NCBI GenBank assembly: GCA_964252035.1
Contig: OZ176211.1
Source: Podarcis erhardii
Lineage: Eukaryota
Reading direction: 5' to 3' (one strand)
DNA length: 64,000 bases
Made by a program: the position numbers and the translations under genes. Below the pieces are notes generated by a model, which saw nothing but the letters and a program-made list of their open reading frames with translations, made no database searches and was not told the DNA's origin. Shown here piece after piece: positions 21,821 to 32,428 of the stretch; position 1 is the first letter of the stretch, and the number at the start of each line of letters is the position of its first letter.

Positions 21821-23342
21821 TTCAAGCACAGTTCAAAAAGTAAAGTTAGTTTCAATTTTCAGTTACTTTTCCTCCTTTTTAAACGCAGAAGAGGACAATG
21901 GAAACAATATATTTCTCTTATTTAACTAACTGTCAACATGTTTTATTCACAGTCAATGAACTCTCCCAAAACTTCAATCTACTGGCAGCCCGTTTCCAGG
22001 TTCAGAGCAGTGGTAATTTAATTTTTATCACTCTCTCCTGCAGGCTTACACAATCCAAAATTTCCCCCCTCTTCTCCTGCTTCCAAGGGGGGTTTAATGA
22101 TTTTAATCGATGGAAGTTTAATCCTTTACATAAGGCTTTCCAAGACCTTAGCTTGCAGCTTCTTTGCTTCAATCTATTTACAAAAGGGGAAGGCGGACTT
22201 CCTGTTTGAAACCTTCCCGTTTCGGTACCAAATTAAGACTTTTGTAAATCCAATTTTCCGTTCTACTCATGGGTAGTTGTTTAAAGTCAAATTGTCCACA
22301 GGATAAAGTCAGCGCTCTCCGGCAACAGCAATGCGGCTTCACTCCGTGAAAAAAGCAGTCAATTCGAAGCACCGCGCCACTCACCCCACGTCGCTCCGGA
22401 TCCCCAAAACTGGGTTTCCCCACGAGCAGGGGAGACGCAAAGGGTGCCAGCCGAATCCCACATTCACAAGCTTCTCCCGCCTGTGATTTTAGTAGGTCTC
22501 CGCCTTCGCCGTGGCGGTCAGACCCTGATTTCCACGGAGCAAATTCCTCCCGATCGGAGGAACTCCACCATTGCCGGAGGCGCCAACCCGGAAGTCAGTT
22601 TAACCATTAGAGCAGCAGGTATGTTGCGTTGTGCTGCTGTCTGCTTCAGAGTTAGTTAGTTTGTAACAGCTTAATCTATGGAAGATGTTTTAGCAACTGA
22701 CGTATCACCTACCCACATTGTATATTTAATCTGCAACTGCAAGTACAGTAAGTAAAAGTTCTGTGTTATTTAAACTTTAAAAGAAAGTGTCTTGGGTAGT
22801 TTATATGGAGGGGCGGGCAACACAACTAATTGAAGGTATAAACAACCCAGAGCTGTCTTTCACATGCTCCGCAAATGGAAAATAAAATTTAATTCCCACA
22901 ATAGGGACATGGCAGGGGGGCAAGTGATCTTTGCTGCCCCCTTCATGCAATGGGAATTACAGTACAAGAGGATCAGAGGCATGAAAGAGTAACTGGATAG
23001 GGCTGCTATCAACTGTTTATGATTGTTTTGCAATCGGGGTGGCCAACAAAATACTGTATCCCAGACTTAAATGTTTTTCCCTACATCTGCGATTCACGCC
23101 TGCACAGGTGAAAACAATTATTTGCACCGGCTGTTAGCTTCAGCTTATTCATCATTTTTGTAGGTTTTTGGAAGGCAAACATTTTTGTGTGATGGTTTAT
23201 TTAGATACTGCTGCTTTAGTTAGTCTTATTTGTGTGTTAGTGGTGCAATCTGTAAATATGACTTTTAAAAAAAGGTTTTATGATTCTTTTATTTTTATTA
23301 GTGTGCAGCCTTCAAATGATTTTGATTAGGTGGGAAATAAAT

Positions 23343-23562
23343 GTGTGGTGTATTGGTCAGAGTGTAGGACCAGCACCTGGGAGACCAGGGTTCAAATCTG
23401 TACCCGGTCAGGGAGTTCACTGGGTGACCATGGGCCAGTGACTGGCTCTCAGCTTAACCTACCTCTCAGGGTTGTTGTGGGGATTAAATGGGGGGTGGGG
23501 AATCATATGCCACCTGGAGCTCCTTGGAGGAAAGACAGGATAAGAATGCTATAAATAAACAA
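23343..23562 (+). mobile_element. Older Squam3/CORE-type SINE
   Basis: gtgtggtgtattggtcagagtg...gggttcaaat (A/B boxes), ctgggtgaccatgggccagt, ctcagcttaacctacctctcagggttgttgtgggg, (TAAA)n-like tail. Confidence 0.7.
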
Positions 23563-23601
23563 ACAGAAAAACTCATCATTACCACCATGAATTTTCTAAT
23601 G

Positions 23602-23737
23602 CAGGCATAGGCAAACTCAGCCCTCCAGATGTTTTGGGACTACAACTCCCATCATTCCTAGCTAACAGGGCCAGTGGTCAGGGATGATGGGAGCTGTAGT
23701 CCCAAAACATCTGGAGGGCCGCGTTTGCCTATGCCTG
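23602..23737. mobile_element. hAT-like hairpin MITE
   Basis: Perfect 15-bp TIR caggcataggcaaac / gtttgcctatgcctg; 8-bp flanks ttctaatg / atataatg (6/8 match). Confidence 0.88.
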
Positions 23738-24597
23738 ATATAATGGTTGTGAGGAAATGGGTGTCCTTTGAGGGCAAATGGGATGGGATTAGAGTATCTT
23801 GGAAGAAGACTGAATAATTATATTTAGAATACTCTGTGATTCAGCCAGTTTTGTAATCATGTTTAATCTAAACAACAAGCAAGAATTTATCAAGAGGATT
23901 TATTATCAGAATGGCATGTTCTATTGCATTCATTTGGAATGATGCATTTTCGTCCATTGTTAGTAATTATCTAGTTGGTGCCATGAGATTTCTCATTGGC
24001 TTAACATTAAATTGTTGGTGTTTGGATCGGTCAGGGCGACCACTTGCGCTCTAGACCCTTGCCACAAGCTTTATCCAAACAAGCTGGGTATCTACTGGAT
24101 TCAGTCTAACTTATTCATCCTGGTGGATCTTGGGTTTGGATTGCTCCCTAAGTCAACCACCAATTTCTAAGCCATCAGCACCCATGTGTTAACAGTTAAA
24201 TCTACGATAGCAAAATGCATCCTAATTGATTTGATGCCCATTAAAAATTTATTTCAGAAAATAAAGCACCAGAAAATATAATAAATAAATGATCAGTCAT
24301 CCATCAAGGACAAGAAAAAAAATCACATGTAACATGAATTATTTAAAACTGAAATAATAATTCTCATACTATTGAAATATCTTAATACCAATTAGTAGAG
24401 GGGGAGTAAGGTGATGTTTCAGGAGCACATAGAAATTTCATTTCAGTGGTCTTTCTCTATGTAATAAAAATGTTAGAATATCATCACTCAGGCTCCATTG
24501 GATTTATAGTGCCTCATCCTCATAATCCTGCATTTGCTTTTTTTGCTTTTATTTGTAAATTTTCAGTTATACACTCATATCATTTTCCATTCTTATA

Positions 24598-24707
24598 CAG
24601 TGGAACCTCGGGTTACATACACTTCAGGTTACACACTCCGCTAACCCAGAAATAGTGCTTCAGCTTAAGAACTTTGCTTCAGGATAAGAACAGAAATCGG
24701 GCTCCGG
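24598..24707. mobile_element. One half of the 226-bp Tc1/mariner MITE, truncated at an L1 tail
   Basis: TA + cagtggaacctcgggttacatacacttcagg...; matches the first ~110 bp of the 58549 copy. Confidence 0.85.
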
Positions 24708-25320
24708 TTTTTTGTACATCTTAATTAGCTGCATATACAATAATACAGTACCTTCACCTTATTTTCCACCTTCCTATATCCTTTGTATTGTGAACTGCTG
24801 GTGAAGAGGTAAGCCCTATCTGGAATTTATATTTAAGATCATTTTTTTTTTTGGTAAATATTCCCCTAAATACACCCACTCACTCTTCGTCTGTTTATTG
24901 TCTACATTTCTTATTTTAGATGTCATACTTGCAAGCTCAACATATTTGATTAGTTTATTTAACATTTGTTCTTTCCCTGGAATCTCTCTTTGTTTCCAGT
25001 ATCTTGCGTATACTCTCCTTGCAGCTGTTGTTGCATACAAGAATAAATTAAGGGCTTTTTTTGGTAACTCATTTCCAATTATGCCAAGAAGGAATGATTC
25101 TGGTCTCTTGGGAAATGTAAATTAAAATATTTTTTCTAACTTGTTATACACCATTTCCCAAAAATCCTTTGCCTGATTACATTTCCACCATAAATGCACC
25201 CTCAGCTTCTAGACATTTCCAACAGATTTTTGAGTCTTTTCTATACATTTCGGCCAATTTAACCGGTGTCAAATAACATCGGCATTGTATTTTTAGCATA
25301 TTTTCTCTTATTTGATACCA
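24708..25320 (-). mobile_element. 5'-truncated L1: ORF2 C-terminal cysteine-rich domain and 3' UTR
   Basis: YLTPVKLAEMYRKDSKICWKCLEAEGAF-(frameshift)-WWKCNQAKDFW...PESFLLGII...LYATTAARRVYARYWKQ...; one frameshift and one internal stop; short poly(A) at 24708-24713. Confidence 0.88.
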
Positions 25321-25393
25321 AGCAGAGAAGTTCATTGTTTGGTTCCATGGTATGGGAGTGAAGAAGAATGGACACTAAGAAGGGAAAACATTA

Positions 25394-25988
25394 TTTAAAA
25401 CAAAGGCAGAAAATTGAGTAAAGTGGAGATGGAGAAAACTGAAAAGAAAAATGTGCTTTTAAACAACGGCAGAGATCTGAGTAAAGTGCCTTCGTACTAT
25501 GCAATATTTGAGAACACTGCATGCTTTATCCCTCTTGCATGTGGTGGATGAGGAATGGAAGGAGGAGAATGTTTGAGTATAATCAGAAAGACATGAGGAC
25601 TCTGAAGTGGAAAAAGTGGCTGTTTTAAACAATGGCAGAGACTTGAGATACTGGGAGGGGGAAAGTCACCATTTTAAACAACAGCAGAAGTTTGAATAAA
25701 GTAGAGCTGGAGGAATACTGAGATGATAACAGTGGTGATTCTAAACAATGGCAGAGGTCTGAATAGAGTGAGCAGGGGAGATGCTAGGAGGGGAAGTGGC
25801 GGTTTAAAACAAGGTTTAAGTAGAGTGAGGATGGAGTTGGAAAGGGTCTGTTGTTTAGCTTTTTGATGTAAGTTTCTCTGTTGTATTCAGCTCTGCTATT
25901 TCTCTTTATTAAAACTGGATTGTTTGTTTTCTTAAATAAACAACCTCTCAGTGTCTCTCCAGTAAGTACATGGAGTTTCTCCATGACA
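25394..25988 (+). repeat. Degenerate ~64-bp purine-rich tandem array followed by AATAAA and a ...tgaca end; possibly a solo LTR missing its left end
   Basis: Core ttttaaacaa.ggcagag.t.tgagtaaagt at 25394, 25457, 25623, 25672, 25739 and (partial) 25803; AATAAA at 25935; ccatgaca ends at 25988. Confidence 0.6.
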
Positions 25989-26192
25989 TTTCTCGCACAC
26001 CATTTCCATGTCCACCATTTCCGTTAGAAGCCATGGGGATAGAATGTTTGAATACCACCTGTACACATACAGGTTAAGACATGGAGGTAAAAACTGTGTG
26101 GTTGATTTACTGTAATGTAGCTGCAATGCCAACGGAATACTGCTTGAAATCTATATCATGATGGGAAATTCAAGCTGCCCAAATTGTATTTT

Positions 26193-26447
26193 GAGAGCTA
26201 GTGTGGTGTAGTGCTTAAGAGCGGTAGACTCGTAATCTGGGGAACCGGGTTTGCGTCTCTGCGCCTCCACATGCAGCTGCTGGGTGACCTTGGGCTAGTC
26301 ACACTTCTTGAAGTCTCTCAGCCTCACTCACCTCACAGAGTGTTTGTTGTGGGGGAGGAAGGGAAAGGAGTATGTTAGCCTCTTTGAGACTCCTTCAGGT
26401 AGTGATAAAGCGGGATATCAAATCCAAACTCTTCTTCTCTTCTTCTC
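26193..26447 (+). mobile_element. Squam3-type SINE, full length
   Basis: Closely similar to 1196-1449 over its whole length; (CTT)n tail. Confidence 0.88.
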
Positions 26448-27642
26448 TGATTCACTAAAATTAGTAAGCTTTCAAAACAAGAAACACAAGAAGCTATTTA
26501 AATGTTTTGAAAAGTTGGGTTCAGTTGAGAGGAACACTGGAAAAGATAAGATAAAAGATATCTATCTGTGTGATATGAGGGCATGAGGATTAACAGTGTT
26601 CCTAATGGGGTTGCCTGCAATGCAACGGCTACACCTAGCAGAGAAACTAGAATCTACATACAACACAAACAGTATACAGGCTTTCATGGGATGAAGCAAT
26701 CTCTCGAGAAATTAAAAATCAAAGTATTGCCACCAGCCATTCATTTTGGTCTATCAGCATCCCAGCAAGACCCAATACCAAGTGAAAAATGAATTAACCA
26801 GAATGGGAAAAATGGGTGTTGACTACTAGACAGATGAGCCCACTGATTGGTGTGTAGAAATGATTGTTGTACTGAAACCCCAATCCTTATTTAATGCTCT
26901 TAAGCATTAAAAACATTTGTATAGAAAGACATAGGTTTTTAGCAATCAATCAAACCTTAGCTTAATTATCTGGAGTCAACACATTTTTTAAGCTCGATAT
27001 TACAACAGCTGGCTTTTGGGCAAATCCTGCTTGCAGAATTAAAACAAATAGAAACAGAAATATAGGCCACTGACCACTTTCCTCACTCACTTTTGAATTT
27101 ACCATTTCAGATGTCTCCCTTTTAGCCTATCTAGGTACTTCAAAAAGAGAATTTATCAGATTGTGTCAGGGTCCATTGGCTTCCTTTGGTTTTATATTCA
27201 TGGCAAAAATATAACATAACATGATAAGAGATTACATACATTTTGAAGACATTTAAGACAGCCTTATGCAAACCGCATATGGTTTCCCAAACGGTTTTTC
27301 TATCTTATATAGAGAAACAGATTTCCAGAGAAGCCCAAATCTAAGGCTGATTCCCCTTCCAAGGAGTAATTTGGTCTCTGAAACCTACTTTAGCATGACC
27401 TTTACATTGTTTTGTTCATTGTTTATCAAGAAAGTTGGCACAGAGAAAGGGAAATATTGAAGGATCAGAGCTCTGGTCATTCCTACTTCTCAGAGAGAAC
27501 TAGAAAGTGGAAGTTAAAGAAAGCAAGTGCTCCCTGTGTGCAGATTACGAGAATTTTGCTTTATAATGGATTTCTTTAATTGAATAGCCTCATCAGCGTT
27601 CATAGCTCAAGTTTTAAATCCCAGATAGGTGTCATTTTCATT

Positions 27643-27646
<4 letters not shown>

Positions 27647-27681
<35 letters not shown>
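27647..27681. repeat. (CA)n microsatellite
   Basis: Directly visible. Confidence 0.95.
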
Positions 27682-27686
<5 letters not shown>

Positions 27687-30519
27687 AATATTAGGCACAC
27701 TGGGGCGGGGACTCTGTAGCTGGGCACACAATGGGTTTATTTAATTGCATAGCACCATTAGTGTTCATAGCTGTTTGCAGAGTACCAGAGGACAGATCCC
27801 TCCCTGCACCAAAGAGCTTAACAGTTAAAATGTGATATTGGGGGAAGTACATATGAAAGTGAGGGAAACTGAGGCTGGGTAAACAGAGAAAGACCATATG
27901 TTACTTCTGTTGCAAGTACTTAGCACACTTCAAGACTGTCCAGACTATTTTGCAGTTGGGATTCAGTTATATAACAGCACATTCAATTAAAGTGGATTTG
28001 GAGCTTGTGAGCAACAAACCCCACTTCCAAAACAGGCTTATAGCAGTAAGGAATGTAATAGAGAAAGACACTAGAAAGTGTGAAATAACAATTGCTTGGT
28101 GTGACAGCTAATAACTTCCCCACAAGCTTTGTAAGAACAAATCAAATGCTCAATAAACAGGTTGTCCAGCACTTAGTTATCAGCTAAGGCTGCACTCCAA
28201 ATACTACTTACCTGGACATAAGCCCCACTGAATTCAATATAGACATGACTTCAGTTGCAGTAGGGTATGGAGACTACTGGCTGAATCGAAGTCATCATGA
28301 AAAGATGGCTTTTGAGGAGGGATTATTTTAAGGAAGTGTGATAGTATTGCACAGGTGTTCTGGTCTCAAGCAAATGGGACCTGCTTCTACTTTAAAATAG
28401 TTGCAGTATATTTCCTTCTTTTCTGCTGAAAAGGGTTTGAAAGTCCCTGTGGCCTAATTTCTAAAGCAGCTGGCTTCTTGAGCAAAATATGATAGTTTAA
28501 AAGCCCTACTCCAGCTGTTAAGGAAGCCCCAATAGCCAATAACCCTCTTCATATTTTATGCTGATTTTTAAAATCAACTATTGCCTATTGTTCCCTGTGC
28601 AAAGCAGTGGTTTTATTTTTGTTTTGCTTCCTTTAGGCTAATTTGATTTCCATCTCACTTATCCATTCTCCCTGCCCCTACGGTTCAATTAGTGTAATAT
28701 AAGTTGGAAAGGTACTTCAAAAATCATGAATGGCCATGTACTGAAACAAGGAGCACAAGCCCCAATGAGGTGAATGTTATTTGAGTTATAAACTGATTGT
28801 ATGTATTTGTCATGGCCTTTGGCTAGTACAATAAATTGATTGATTGATTGATTGAATGAATGATACAATTTTAAATAAAATAAATAAATAAAGACATTGC
28901 TGGAGGGGACGTGTTTGCCTGGTACCAAAATGACAACAAAGTTAGGCACTAGTTGAGCCTCTTTGGGAAGGACGTATGATAACCAGGGTGCCACTACTGA
29001 AAAGGCCCTTTCACCCTTAACTACCTACTGCACTTCACCTGGCAGGGGCACTCAGAGAAGGGGGTCTGAAGATCTCAAGACCCTTTAGGTATCCTGATCC
29101 CAAGTTGTAAATGACATTTAATTAGAGCTACAAATAGACTAGAAGTCAGTGGAGATGATTATATATACAAAACATACGATCTTCCACTCAGATACGGCTA
29201 TTTGGACTCCTTTATATATCTGGCCAGCATTTTATGTAACTGTATTTCGACAACTACATATATGCAGACATGCAAGTCTCCTTCTTGATGCTTCTACTTT
29301 GTACACATAGTACACTTTAGTTTTGACAAGTCTTTGAGGTTAATTTATTTATGTATTCACAAATGTTTGTCTTTATATGGTTCGATGCATCCCAATTTTG
29401 AAGCTTCACTTTTGATGATATAACATTCTAGAAGAGCTGCATAGCACTATGCGAAGCACTGAAAGAAGATATAAAAAACAAGGCAAAGATCAAGGAGAAA
29501 TGACTTTCTAAAAAGAGCTCAAATCTGAAAAGGAAACAGAATGACTGTGATTCTCAAAAGCAAGAACAGCTGCAATTAAATCATGCAGTCCACATCTGTA
29601 AGAAGAAGAAAGTGTTCAATTCTTGGATCAAAAAGCCAGAACAGTGGTTCTGAAAGAGAAATTACATCTTACCACACATTAAAAATTGTGTTTTATCTGG
29701 AGATTTTTCCTACGTGTCTCCACATTGCCACTAGTGTACATTTTCAGCAGGAAAAAGTAGCACCACAAGATGCTGTTCTCCTGAGACTGTACTTCAGAAT
29801 ACAAGAGGGAGATGATTTGTTTCCATATACAAAAAATAATAATCCAAACCATACGTGCATGGAAAATTAGCATATCAGGAAAAAGTCTGATTGAAGTCTT
29901 CTAACACTGTGACTTTCCATGGGGCAAGAGGGTTTTGCTGAGGATAAAATATCCCGTCATGTTGTTAAATACCTCAGCTCTGAAGTGGCACAGTTCTCAA
30001 TGCGTATTTTAATTTAATTTAATTTGACTGACAGATTGGTCCCACATTCATTAGTCAAATACACTTTTATTCACAACTCTAATATTAAATGCATCAATAT
30101 CTCAAAATCTAGAAGTGTAAAGTGGCTTAAGGTGTGATATGGATTTGTGTGCCACTTGTTGACATTTTTCACGTTCGATTTGCTTGCTAATATTCCATCT
30201 TTCCTGTTCTCAGTCTCATCCCTCAGTTCTTCTTTTATTAGCTCACTGCTGACTTAACGCCTTTCTCAACTGATCTTATGCTTAATGAAAGTTTATGAAT
30301 CCATGACTGCATCACAGCAGAGGTCAAAATCACACAATTCCATGGTCATATAACTATCTAAAACTTAGCGAGGTAATCAGTATAGGTATCACTTCCAGAA
30401 GTGAAATCTGCAACCAAGGAGGTCACATCATAGATAGTCAAAGAAAGAAGAAAGGGTTTTCAATCTAGTTCTGGCTCATATGAAGGGGAGTGGGTTTAAC
30501 TAGTAAAGATAATTAAATG

Positions 30520-30858
30520 GTCAGTCTGTGAGCACTTGGAAAAGGATATTGTGATTACTAAGACCAGCTTGGGTTTCTCAAAAACAATCCATGCTGGATG
30601 AATCTCTCTCTCTTTTGACCATGTTTCAAGCTTGGTGGATCAGGAGAATGCTGTGGATGTGCTGGATGTGCAGTAAGAATTTTGACAAACTCCCCCATCA
30701 TATTCTTATGGAGAAGCTGGTAAAATGTGGGCTAGATGAGGTAACTGTTAAGTGGATATTGACAAGCTGGATCATGTACAGAAGAGGGTGACTAAGATGA
30801 TCAAGGGTCTGGAAACCAATATTTATGTGGAACAGTCAAGGGAGTTGGGTATGTTTAG
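30520..30858 (+). mobile_element. CR1 reverse-transcriptase fragment with a large internal deletion
   Basis: Frameshifted GFLKN.SC..NL...SLVDQENAVDV...KNFDKLPHHILMEKLVKCGLDEVTVKW joined directly to DIDKLDHVQKRVTKMIKGLE...RELGMF. Confidence 0.85.
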
Positions 30859-32292
30859 GGCTCCAGTCTTATTTCTTGAACTGGAATGGCTCTCCTTAGT
30901 GAGTAGATCTGACTCAACTCCAGTGGGAAACATATTTCCCTATTCCAGTGGTAGGGAACCTGTGGTATTCCTGGTGTTGTTGAGTCCCACTCAGCGTAAC
31001 CAACGGTAAGAGTTGATGTGAGCTCCTCCACTGCTGCACTCTTTATACATGACAGACAGATCTTGGATGACAAATTGATTGGGATTCATAGGCATGTCAG
31101 TGGGATTTTTTATTTTCTTTTTTAAAGAGCAGATTCCCATGCCATCTACCGGGGTAATCAACATGGTGTCATCCAAATGCTATTGTACTACATTGCCATC
31201 AAACCCAGCCAGAAAGACCAATGATCAAGAATAATGGGAATTGTAGTCTGACAACATCTGAAGGGTGTGTCTTATTTCTAGAAGTCCCCTCAGGTGGTTT
31301 GACATGTGGCACCGTGGGCTCCTGTTTAAGAAATGCCAGACCTTTAGTATGTGGAACAAGTAATGTTTTTTACATCCCAGCCATTGGGAAAATTCAACAT
31401 GCAGAACAGGGATGGCTAACCTGTGGTTCTCTAGATTACAGCTTGCATAATCACTGGCCATGTTGATGAGAACTGAAGTCCAACGGCAACTGCAGGGCCA
31501 CAAGTTCCCAATTCTTGATGTAAAATGTATCCATAGGTTGTTAGAGGTTGCTATTTGAAAATTTCAACTATTAATGTCACAGAGTGCTCGTGGAGAGAAT
31601 TAGACAAGGCATGTTGATATCAATATGAAAGGCATTTTTTGTACAAGCAAATCTTTTCCATTTGCAAGAACTTTCCAACCTCCTTCTGTGCAACCATGTA
31701 ATGAGGGCAAGTTTCATTTCCACCACTCTGCAGAACTAAATGTCTTAAGAATGAAGTAGAATTAAGACAGGATTATCATTATGACAATAAATGTTAAGCT
31801 TTAAACCAGAAAAGCCTTCCACCCCCCCCCCCCGACACTACATAAAATATGAATGAATGTGACTTAAATTGGAAAATCATTCACTGTATAATACAAGTAC
31901 CAAATAGGTTTATATGTGGGAGGTAAATGAGTTGTAAATGAAAGAGCAAGCACATTGGGAATAAGGCAATGCTTTTCATGTTCCATGTTCCAAAAGTCCA
32001 AGAAGATCTTTCTTGAACGGTTCTTGTCCTTCACATGAGGAGGAAATATGCTGACTTTACAGAGCACAATCCTGCACGTTTACTTAGAAGTAAGTTCCAC
32101 TGTATTTGGGTTCGGGGGGTTTATTTCCAAGTACATCTACATAGGATTGCAGTCTTAATCAAAGGGCAGGCATGCAGTTCTTATTCTAGATTTCCAAGGT
32201 AGAAGATAGCATATGCGTATATATTATTTAATGCTAACATGGTATAAATGAAGGTGTGAAGGGCCATATTCTCCACACAGTAGCTTCCTGGA

Positions 32293-32428
32293 GTAGGGAT
32301 GATGGGAAACCTCCAGTCCTATAGATGCTGTTGGACTACAACTCCTTCATAATTGGGCCATGCTGGCTGGGACTCATGGGAGGTGTAGTTCAACAGCATC
32401 TAGAAGATTGGAGGTTCCCCACCCCTGC
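32293..32428. mobile_element. hAT-like hairpin MITE
   Basis: gggaaacctccagtc..tagatgctgttggactacaactcc / gggaggtgtagttcaacagcatctagaagattggaggttcccc. Confidence 0.75.

Larger units (their letters stand above)
20438..22596 (-). mobile_element. Non-autonomous bipartite L1-derived retroelement B (2.2 kb): 5' UTR, coiled-coil ORF, ORF2 C-terminal remnant, 3' UTR
   Basis: 5' end GACTTCCGGGTTGGCG identical to element A; 175-codon ORF; remnant RLMDCMELTELTGRVRDRGEEMVEEDW aligns with KLIKYVELASMTSKIRNVDNKQTKSEW of the L1 fragment at 24708-25320; AATAAA at 20461-20456 and a short poly(A). No convincing TSD (only aact). Confidence 0.8.

Noticed and set aside
25394-25830. CRISPR-like repeat-spacer appearance
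   Set aside because: Vertebrate context, degenerate non-palindromic cores, irregular spacing, compositionally biased spacers and no cas genes.
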